Sequence record: OM386658.1
DNA length: 64,000 bases
Reading direction: 5' to 3' (one strand)
DNA from: Escherichia phage vB_EcoM_ESCO32
A program made the position numbers and the translations under genes. Shown here in pieces: positions 52,425 to 60,192 of the stretch (the first letter of the stretch is position 1; every line of letters starts with the position of its first letter). Below the pieces are notes generated by a model, which saw nothing but the letters and a program-made list of their open reading frames with translations, was not told where the DNA came from and searched no databases.

Positions 52425-52453
52425 TCTAACATATTGTTTTATAAGGAGTTTTT

Positions 52454-53041
52454 ATGGTATATGGTCATGGTATTTTTGATGGAGATTTTACTGTAAGATC
52501 TCCTAGAGGAACTATGCACCCTGCTTATATGAAATGGATGTCTATGTTGGGGAGGTGTTACTCCCCTTGTCAACAAGAACGTGATCCTTGTTATAATGGG
52601 GTGACAGTTTGTGAAGAATGGAAGTTGTTCTCCAATTTCTATTCCTGGTTGCAAACTTGGGATGACTGGGAAAACTTAGAACTTGATAAAGATATTATAG
52701 GAGGGAGAGTTTACTCTCCCAATACCTGTCTTTTAGTAACAGGAGATCTTAATAAGTTCTTAGCTTATAGAGTAAGTAAAAGATCTCATGGGACTATGGT
52801 GGGATGTAGTTACGAGAAAGATCGTAAAAAGTATAAAGCCAACATAAAAGTAGGCGGTCGCATGAAAACGCTGGGACGTTTTAATACTGAAATTGAAGCG
52901 CATCTTTGTTGGTTGAAGGCTAAGGCAGAACAGCTTACAAAATTCTTTGAAACTGAAGATGAAAGAGTTGTTCCACATCTTAAAGCACTATATAATGAAA
53001 TGCTTGAGCATGTAGAACAACACAAAGAGTGGACACGATAG
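52454..53041 (+). CDS. AP2-domain DNA-binding protein (possible homing-endonuclease-related)
   Basis: ORF track 195 aa; AP2-like GCSYEKDRKKYKANIKVGGRMKTLGRFNTEIEAHLCWLKA; N-terminal Cys/Trp-rich region of unknown type; no HNH or GIY-YIG motif seen. Confidence 0.6.
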   Translation: MVYGHGIFDGDFTVRSPRGTMHPAYMKWMSMLGRCYSPCQQERDPCYNGVTVCEEWKLFSNFYSWLQTWDDWENLELDKDIIGGRVYSPNTCLLVTGDLNKFLAYRVSKRSHGTMVGCSYEKDRKKYKANIKVGGRMKTLGRFNTEIEAHLCWLKAKAEQLTKFFETEDERVVPHLKALYNEMLEHVEQHKEWTR

Positions 53042-53049
53042 GAGAAAAT

Positions 53050-53643
53050 ATGAATATTGAAGATCAAAAAGTACGAGCTTTAGAAGTATTACGTATGTGC
53101 CAACTGGTAGATCCGTTTGCAATTGTAGCTGGCGGCGCTGTACGTGACTGGCGATTAGAGAAACCTGCGCAAGATATTGACATTTACTTGCGTATGCCTA
53201 ACCACAATACACTCGTATTAGTAGAGAAATTTTTGATGTTGGGTGTTGGTGCACGTAATGTTAAACAACTTACTAAGCAAACAGAACACACTTATGCCGA
53301 ACTACCACATTTGAAATGGGTATTTGAAGCATACTATAAAGATCTTAAGTTTAACTTTATGATCATGGAAGAAGGTGTACGCAGTGAAATCGTATGGAAC
53401 TTTGATGTGGCTATTTGCCTGTGTTACTGGGATGGTCAAAATTATGTATATCATCCAGACTTTGAATTTGCACTGAAAACTAATATTTGTACTATTAATC
53501 ACCGATACACAGGTAAGGAAGCACACGTCCGTAAAATGGCAGAACGTTTCCCTATGTTCCGCTTTGTAAAAGACGTTTTCATTCCCAAAGAACCAGAAGT
53601 ACGTACACTGGATTCATTTAACAACGAAGAATTTAAGATTTAA
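53050..53643 (+). CDS. nucleotidyltransferase (CCA/poly(A)-polymerase head-domain type)
   Basis: ORF track frame 53029..53643; start at ATG after AGGAGAAAA; IVAGGAVRDWRLEKPAQDIDIYL matches the GGxVRD...DxD motif. Confidence 0.6.
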   Translation: MNIEDQKVRALEVLRMCQLVDPFAIVAGGAVRDWRLEKPAQDIDIYLRMPNHNTLVLVEKFLMLGVGARNVKQLTKQTEHTYAELPHLKWVFEAYYKDLKFNFMIMEEGVRSEIVWNFDVAICLCYWDGQNYVYHPDFEFALKTNICTINHRYTGKEAHVRKMAERFPMFRFVKDVFIPKEPEVRTLDSFNNEEFKI

Positions 53644-53686
53644 GTGTTGACAAACATTATAATTATGTGTTATTATGAGGACTTGA

Positions 53687-54085
53687 ATGACAGATAATCG
53701 TTCTAAAATCTTAGTCGAGACGTTCTACAGTAGAGAAACTAACCGTCTTGAGCTAACTAAAAAAGATGTTGAACCTCAAGATAATACCTTTTTTATTCAA
53801 ATACTATGTCTCTTTGGTGGATACAACCGTTTAACAGTGCGGGTAGAAAACAAAGAGATATCTGAAACCACTATCACAAAACGTGAGCTTATGTTACTAC
53901 AGGATACAATACGAGATGTTTTGGATAATCCTGGAAAAGCAAAAGTAATTAACCTTGGTGGAGAAAAGATACAAATCCTCCATTTCGAAAGTGGTGAAAT
54001 AGGATTTGGTATTGGTCTTGGTAAATACCTGTTGGAAGAAACTGACGCTACTCTTTTACGAGAGTTTTGTGTTAAAGTAATGTAA
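53687..54085 (+). CDS. hypothetical protein (132 aa)
   Basis: ORF track; TTGACA-type promoter just upstream. Confidence 0.55.
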   Translation: MTDNRSKILVETFYSRETNRLELTKKDVEPQDNTFFIQILCLFGGYNRLTVRVENKEISETTITKRELMLLQDTIRDVLDNPGKAKVINLGGEKIQILHFESGEIGFGIGLGKYLLEETDATLLREFCVKVM

Positions 54086-54101
54086 TTATAGAGGAGAATT
54101 T

Positions 54102-55049
54102 ATGCCAGTAATTAATTCTGAAATCGACCGTCGTACTAAAAAAGAAGCATTCTGGGCTGAAGGTATCGTTGAATATGTCAAACTGGATAAGTTTGATGAA
54201 ATGAAAGTCTCTTATATTAAGGTTGCAGGTCAGCCAGATAAGAAAATTGAATCAACTCACAAAGCATCTCTGCTTATTAAAGAGAAAGGTGCTAGTGCTG
54301 ATGATAAAGGTGTTTGGGTTAGCCTAGGTGAAGTTAAACTGCATCCAGAACATGAAAACCTGCAAGTTAAAGATGGTGACAAGTGGGTTACTATCGAAAA
54401 AGGTGTAGAACTAACTATGGATGTTAAACCTTCTGAATGGAATGGCAAAACATACTACAATTCCTCTAAAGGTAAAATCACTATTCTTTCAACAGAAGGT
54501 GTTCAGCAAGCACAATCTTCTTCAAAAGGTGGAAATAAGCCATCTAATAACGAAGGTAGCAAGCCTAACTACAAAAAACGTGATACCGTAGGGATTGAAA
54601 CAGGACACGCTGTAAACGGCGCTCTGGAGCTTCTACGTGCTGGTGTGAAAGGTGATGCTTTCGACTTGGCTGGTGTGGTACAATCTGCAACTGTTACTCT
54701 GAAAGCAGAAATTGCTAAAGATCGTGGCGTTGATGTGACTGACTATGATCTTGGTGCTTCAGTTGGACACGCAATTCTTAACGCTTGTCGTGATCATACA
54801 GGTAAAACTGTAACGGCAGAAGAGATTATTGAAGCTGCTCGTGAAGTTCTTGCTTTGTCTGATAAAGTAGCTGCTGCTATCCGTGGAATGTCTACCCCAG
54901 TACAAGAAGTTAAGAAAGAAACTAAAAAAGTAGAGAAGAAAGAGCCAGCACCGAAAGAACCAGAACCTGTTGTTCAAGATTTCGATGATGATATCCCATT
55001 TGCTCCTATTGGTTTGCAGTATGGTCGAAACTTCCTGCACTGTTTCTAA
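54102..55049 (+). CDS. putative ssDNA-binding protein with SSB-type acidic tail motif
   Basis: ORF track 315 aa; AGAGGAGAA RBS; near C-terminus QDFDDDIPF matches the E. coli SSB tail as recalled, followed by 16 more residues. Confidence 0.5.
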   Translation: MPVINSEIDRRTKKEAFWAEGIVEYVKLDKFDEMKVSYIKVAGQPDKKIESTHKASLLIKEKGASADDKGVWVSLGEVKLHPEHENLQVKDGDKWVTIEKGVELTMDVKPSEWNGKTYYNSSKGKITILSTEGVQQAQSSSKGGNKPSNNEGSKPNYKKRDTVGIETGHAVNGALELLRAGVKGDAFDLAGVVQSATVTLKAEIAKDRGVDVTDYDLGASVGHAILNACRDHTGKTVTAEEIIEAAREVLALSDKVAAAIRGMSTPVQEVKKETKKVEKKEPAPKEPEPVVQDFDDDIPFAPIGLQYGRNFLHCF

Positions 55050-55071
55050 TAGTTAAATATTGTGTAAATAT

Positions 55072-55097
55072 AAGGAGCCTAACGGCTCCTTTTCTTT
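55072..55097 (+). terminator. rho-independent terminator
   Basis: AAGGAGCCtaacGGCTCCTT followed by TTCTTTG. Confidence 0.55.
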
Positions 55098-55109
55098 GAA
55101 GGAGATATA

Positions 55110-55841
55110 ATGAGCGAATTTGTAAACAACACCGCGTTAAACTACCTGCAAACCCTCGAAAGCAATAGTGTAGATTTGATTCTTACTGACCCACCATATG
55201 CTATTTCTCGTGACACAAATTTTCAATCTGGAGAGCCTACTGGAAAAGATACAGATAGATTCCGTGTATCTTACAACTTTGGGGATTGGGATGTTGTAGA
55301 TATTCCTTACTTTAAAGAAGTATTCAAAGAAGCCTATAGGGTGCTTAGAAAAGGTGGTACTTGCATAGTTTGGTATGATATCTGGAAGATCCAGGAGCTA
55401 CGTGAAATCCTTGAACCGCTTGGTTTTCGTATGTTCCGTACTATTGAATGGATTAAAACAAACCCTGTACCCATCAACAGTGGTGTTAACTACCTTAGTA
55501 ACGCTAAAGAGATGGCTATTGTTTGTGTTAAAGGTTCTAAGCCAACCTTCAATGCCTCCTACCACAAGGGTGTGTTTGAGTATCCTATCTATCAAGGAGC
55601 AGATCGTTTTCATCCGACACAAAAACACTTGACTTTGTTTTGTGACCTTATTAATATACATACCAACGAAGGAGATGTAGTCTTAGACTTCTTCTCTGGA
55701 AGTGCAACAACACAAGTTGCGGCACTTTTAACAGGTAGAGAATACTTAGGCTGTGAAGCCGATGTAAATATTTTTAAGCAAGCGGAGGAACGACTAAATG
55801 AGTACACTGAACAGCAAAATCACCCTGAAAGCACTGATTAA
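55110..55841 (+). CDS. DNA amino-methyltransferase (N6-adenine or N4-cytosine), beta class
   Basis: ORF track 243 aa; DPPY catalytic motif (LILTDPPYAI) precedes SAM-binding DFFSGSATT. Confidence 0.8.
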   Translation: MSEFVNNTALNYLQTLESNSVDLILTDPPYAISRDTNFQSGEPTGKDTDRFRVSYNFGDWDVVDIPYFKEVFKEAYRVLRKGGTCIVWYDIWKIQELREILEPLGFRMFRTIEWIKTNPVPINSGVNYLSNAKEMAIVCVKGSKPTFNASYHKGVFEYPIYQGADRFHPTQKHLTLFCDLINIHTNEGDVVLDFFSGSATTQVAALLTGREYLGCEADVNIFKQAEERLNEYTEQQNHPESTD

Positions 55842-56229
55842 CAACGGTATGAACCTGGACTCTGGTCTGTCTCCAAAGATTTCTATGGCACGACTAGAAC
55901 AAGTTACTGGTCTTCGTCAAGTAAGTAATGGCGGTAAGATTATTCGTGATGACGCTGTACCTTTTAATAAATTTCAGATTGAACGTCATTACGATCCTGT
56001 AACTGCAAGTCTCACTGGTGTAACTTTCTCAGGTTATCGTACTGCCGGATACCAACGTAAGGTTGTAGCTGAACGTATTAAAAATCGCAAACAGAAAATT
56101 GCAACATTGAAGAAACTAGTAGAGAAAGATGTTTCAGAACTTCTTAACCTGTATGAAACTCTTGAGACAAAAGGTGAAGATCATAAACTCTTCTCTAAAG
56201 AAGATGTGAGCGTAATTTTCACTGATTAA
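55798..56229 (+). CDS. hypothetical protein (143 aa)
   Basis: ORF track; last plus-strand gene before the convergent late genes. Confidence 0.5.
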   Translation: MSTLNSKITLKALINNGMNLDSGLSPKISMARLEQVTGLRQVSNGGKIIRDDAVPFNKFQIERHYDPVTASLTGVTFSGYRTAGYQRKVVAERIKNRKQKIATLKKLVEKDVSELLNLYETLETKGEDHKLFSKEDVSVIFTD

Positions 56230-56237
56230 GATAAAAG

Positions 56238-56264
56238 AAAAGGAGCCTATTGGCTCCTTTTTGT
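56238..56264. terminator. bidirectional terminator between convergent transcription units
   Basis: AAAGGAGCCtatTGGCTCCTTT with T runs on both sides. Confidence 0.5.
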
Positions 56265-58151
56265 TTATGTAACATTGACTGTAAATCTGACAAGAGGTGA
56301 TAACACGTCATTATCAGCATCATAGTGTGCAACATCAAACACTGCTGTACCTGCTGCAAACCCGTATTGTTCAACCTGATCTGCATAAGTAAATGTGTAA
56401 GTGTTAGTATCAAGAGTTTGTTCTGTAAGAATTGCTGCTGTGAGGACGTTTACATTTCGGAAGTAATGTTTGGTATATCCTGCTGGTTCCCAAGAAATAA
56501 TTGCATCTTGGTTAGCTTGTCTTACAGCGGCTCCTCCTGTTGGAACAGACATATCAACCCAAACAGGTGGTGTTGATGTTAAATCTGTACCGTCTGCTGC
56601 TGATTTAGCAAGTTTTGTAGCTGCTGTTTGATATACAGAAGAAATATAATGGATACGACCATCAATACCTTCTTCATAAACATAACCACTGTAACGTTCA
56701 GCACCATCTACCCAAGAACCAATGATAACATCATCACGTGCTGTAGAGATGGTTCTTTGTACATTTCTGTACTTCTGCCAATCCACACCATTAACTTCTA
56801 CACCATATAAATAAGAACGTCCTAGGATCTGCCAAACAATTTTTGCTTGAGAAGCAGGAACTATTGTACGCATCTTATCAAAGATAGCTATCGTAGCATC
56901 ATGGTAACGTGTAGTGTTACTGTACCTACCTGCAACAGTCGAAGATGCTGATACAGCATCATTTTCACCTTGTCCCCAAATAATTGCTTTAACCTTACTT
57001 GCATAAGGTGTGACTTTAGTGATAAAGTTAGTTAAGCATGGCCCATCTGCTGTGTTATCCAGATCATACCAGTAGTTGTCTGGTGTACCTGTTCCAGCTT
57101 TATCGTCAGCATATTTATCTGCTGCTGATGATCCAGAAGCTGTATTTAACGGAAGAACTTCAGCATTTGCTAAACCACGTTGCGTAGCATATGCATTACG
57201 GGTTGTTGTGCTACTCATTACTGCTTTATTTGCACCAGATAATTCTGTAAAGTGTGCATTTACGTTATCTTGTCCAGCAAAGACAATAACTTCTTTAATG
57301 AACGAATCATCTGTAGCTATTGAGTTATTAAAGATAACGGCTGCTGCTTTGGTGCTCTTAACGCTAATTTTAAGGTATGTTGGAGCAAACCCATAAAGAG
57401 GAATAGAGTCAGAGATATCAAAGTAAGCGTAAGTATTCGTGGTTGTTGTAGTCCACTGAACACTATTATCACTTAAATCTAATACTTCTACAGTATAAGT
57501 ATCACCGTCTAGTGGATCAGTTACATCCCAAGCAACACGAACGTCTCCATAACTGTTTGCCACGGCTGTTACATTAGAAATAACAGGAATAGCATTAACA
57601 CCTAAATAAGAACTATCAGAGGCCACAACTGTTCCTTGATACGTTGCAGTACAACCTATACGGCAATTGCCATCTTTAAGAGCAGTTATTAATCCTGTAG
57701 GGCTTACAGTAGCTACTTCTGGATCTGTTGTGGTGTATGTAATTACCATATCTGGAAGGTCTTTAGCACCTTCTGGACTGATTGTAGCAACCAACTGTTG
57801 AGTAGTGCCTACATCCATAGCCGATAGACTTTCAGTGTACACACTTAATTCTGAAGCATAACCACCAGATTGATCAGTTAAGACAGCACCTAAATTATTT
57901 TTAGCTGTCATTATTGCATCAAAACCACCTTCAGCAACAAACTCCATCATACCATTATTATCTATAACCATTTTGGTATTATCTGAAGATGAAAAAGCTA
58001 TATCAAATAACGCACCATCTTCGGGTGTAACTGTATATGTCAGTTGTTTTTTACTACCAACTATTGCAATGCCAATAGAGGAAGTGGTTATAGATGTAGC
58101 TGTTACTACTGAAGCTGATGTTGTTGACATAAATAAAGGAATAGGATACAT
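56265..58151 (-). CDS. tail fibre/spike protein with Ig-like domains and SASA/SGNH-type carbohydrate esterase domain
   Basis: ORF track 628 aa; Big_2-like ITYTTTDPEVATVSPTGLITALKDGNCRI; esterase-like VIVFAGQDNVNAHF and AIIWGQGENDA. Confidence 0.65.
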   Translation of the reverse strand: MYPIPLFMSTTSASVVTATSITTSSIGIAIVGSKKQLTYTVTPEDGALFDIAFSSSDNTKMVIDNNGMMEFVAEGGFDAIMTAKNNLGAVLTDQSGGYASELSVYTESLSAMDVGTTQQLVATISPEGAKDLPDMVITYTTTDPEVATVSPTGLITALKDGNCRIGCTATYQGTVVASDSSYLGVNAIPVISNVTAVANSYGDVRVAWDVTDPLDGDTYTVEVLDLSDNSVQWTTTTTNTYAYFDISDSIPLYGFAPTYLKISVKSTKAAAVIFNNSIATDDSFIKEVIVFAGQDNVNAHFTELSGANKAVMSSTTTRNAYATQRGLANAEVLPLNTASGSSAADKYADDKAGTGTPDNYWYDLDNTADGPCLTNFITKVTPYASKVKAIIWGQGENDAVSASSTVAGRYSNTTRYHDATIAIFDKMRTIVPASQAKIVWQILGRSYLYGVEVNGVDWQKYRNVQRTISTARDDVIIGSWVDGAERYSGYVYEEGIDGRIHYISSVYQTAATKLAKSAADGTDLTSTPPVWVDMSVPTGGAAVRQANQDAIISWEPAGYTKHYFRNVNVLTAAILTEQTLDTNTYTFTYADQVEQYGFAAGTAVFDVAHYDADNDVLSPLVRFTVNVT

Positions 58152-58190
58152 TTAATCTCCTTAAACAATAAGCCCCCGAAGGGGCTTTGA

Positions 58191-60152
58191 TTATGTGCGT
58201 TTAGCAACAATAGCATCCACGTAATCACCAACACCACAATATGTTAGTTGTAGTATTGTTACTCCGTTAGGATCTGTATTAATATCACTAGAACCAATTA
58301 CTTTATAAGATGGATCTAAAGTAACAGTACGACCTCCAGTGGCATCTTGGATAAGATAAACTATTGCAGAGAATGGTTTAGGTTTTGTGCTATCTTCGAC
58401 ACCAGGCCATGCTTTTATAGTAGAGTTACCAGTAAGATTCAACACATTCATGTTATGTGTTCCTGGAGGTGTCCAGTCACCTGTAACAGAGTTGTTGGTA
58501 TATGCTGTAACCTCTATAAAATTAGTTGTTACTTTTGTTGGAACTATATCTTGACCATCTACAGAACTGGTGAGTTCTTCCCATGCTCCATCTTTACGAG
58601 CATAGATCTTACCGTCACTAGGTGCATCTGTGATGCTAGGTAGTGTACCTTGAGAAGTCCAGACAGTTGCAGATGTTTTTAAGAACACCTCGCCAGTGGA
58701 GATATTAAAGGCATAATCACCTTGTTTACCATCACTAGAGATTGGATCTGTTGTTTTAACAATCCAAGTTGCACCGTCTGTACCGTTAGTACCAGCGTCA
58801 CCTTTTTCACCCTTATCACCTTTCAAACTACCCATATCTACATATTCAGCAGTTTGAGTTTGTTCGTCATAGGTGTAAATGTAAAGATGGCCTGTATCTT
58901 CCGTCAGATAAGCGTCACCGTAATTGGCTGTAGGAGGAAGTGCACTTGCAGACGCAACGTGTCCTTTTGCAGTGATTGGAGTACCAGCTAAACGACCAAC
59001 ATTTGTCCACTCTGTGGCTCCTTGCAACCAGACCCAAAGTTCATTATTGATCAGATAACCATCACCATCTTCTCCAGTTTGTGGTAGTTCAGAAGTGCTA
59101 GTCAGAATATCAATAATAGTCAACCCTGCGCCAGTTGGCCCCGTCAAGCCTTGTATACCCTGCTCACCTTGATCACCCTTGTCTCCCTTATCACCTTTTT
59201 CTCCTTTCAGAGAGGCAATATATTCGTCAATAGTACCAACGTTACCAGCATTTAACCAGACTTGATAAGCAGAATCACCAGTGTTACCCTTATCTCCTTT
59301 GTCGCCTTTATCTCCTTTTGGCCCCACTATAGCGCCCATATTGATCCATTCTACACCGTTTGACACGTATAGATATGTACCAATACTCCATGCTTGAGAT
59401 GTGTTTCCAGGAGATGCAGAAGGAAGATCTGAAACAGAGTTAGCTGCACCTTGGTAATCAAAACCATTAGCATTATTACCTGGTACACCTTGTGGCCCCT
59501 CTGGGCCAGGCTCCCCTTTATCACCTTTAATTGAAGCAAGATAATCTAGTTCTGTACCTTGGTTCCCTGCTGCAAGCCAAACTTGATAAGCAGATTTACC
59601 CTCTGGCCCCTGTGAGTTTACTTTTCTCCAAGCAGTACCATCCCAAGCATACATATTCTCGCCTACAATCCATGCATCTCCTGCATTGTTTCCAGTTGTA
59701 GGTAATTGGTTGGTATTAGATAGTGTCCCTAGTAGCTTTAATGGAGCACCTGGATCACCTTTTAAAGAAGCCAACCACTGTGTCTCAGTACCTTGGAAAC
59801 CATTGTCTACGGCAATCTGGTAAGCTGATTTACCAGCTTCTGGGATGGATTCTCTAAGATCTTCAATTTCAGCTTCAATAGCATCTAATTCTGATTCTAT
59901 TTGAGCAATGTCATCTGCATTACCCACATTTTTCCAAGCTGTATCTGAAATCCCTCCAGTAGATGTAGGAGTAGAGTTAGCAGGTACAACTTTAGGTAGA
60001 GAACCTTTCCACTGATAGTAGTTACCGTCAGCTTCAAAGAGCAATGCTTCACGAGCATCTCTTAAGGTAAAACCACTTGCAAAACTTCTACGCTTTCTAT
60101 AGCGAGACTCTACCATGTCTGCAATGGCACTATTTGGACGTGTTAAAATCAC
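58191..60152 (-). CDS. tail fibre protein with collagen-like Gly-X-Y repeats
   Basis: ORF track 653 aa; GDKGEPGPEGPQGVPG, GPKGDKGDKGDKGNTGD, GEKGDKGDKGDQGEQGIQGLTGPTG. Confidence 0.8.
   Translation of the reverse strand: MILTRPNSAIADMVESRYRKRRSFASGFTLRDAREALLFEADGNYYQWKGSLPKVVPANSTPTSTGGISDTAWKNVGNADDIAQIESELDAIEAEIEDLRESIPEAGKSAYQIAVDNGFQGTETQWLASLKGDPGAPLKLLGTLSNTNQLPTTGNNAGDAWIVGENMYAWDGTAWRKVNSQGPEGKSAYQVWLAAGNQGTELDYLASIKGDKGEPGPEGPQGVPGNNANGFDYQGAANSVSDLPSASPGNTSQAWSIGTYLYVSNGVEWINMGAIVGPKGDKGDKGDKGNTGDSAYQVWLNAGNVGTIDEYIASLKGEKGDKGDKGDQGEQGIQGLTGPTGAGLTIIDILTSTSELPQTGEDGDGYLINNELWVWLQGATEWTNVGRLAGTPITAKGHVASASALPPTANYGDAYLTEDTGHLYIYTYDEQTQTAEYVDMGSLKGDKGEKGDAGTNGTDGATWIVKTTDPISSDGKQGDYAFNISTGEVFLKTSATVWTSQGTLPSITDAPSDGKIYARKDGAWEELTSSVDGQDIVPTKVTTNFIEVTAYTNNSVTGDWTPPGTHNMNVLNLTGNSTIKAWPGVEDSTKPKPFSAIVYLIQDATGGRTVTLDPSYKVIGSSDINTDPNGVTILQLTYCGVGDYVDAIVAKRT
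59118..59555 (-). repeat. collagen-like (G-X-Y)n coding repeats within the tail fibre gene
   Basis: three Gly-X-Y blocks rich in GDKGDKGDKG; coordinates approximate. Confidence 0.55.
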
Positions 60153-60168
60153 TTTACTACTCCTTTTA

Positions 60169-60189
60169 TAAAGGGGCTTTCGCCCCTTT
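60169..60189. terminator. intergenic GC hairpin between tail genes
   Basis: AAAGGGGCtttcGCCCCTTT flanked by T/A runs on both strands. Confidence 0.45.
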
Positions 60190-60192
60190 TAA

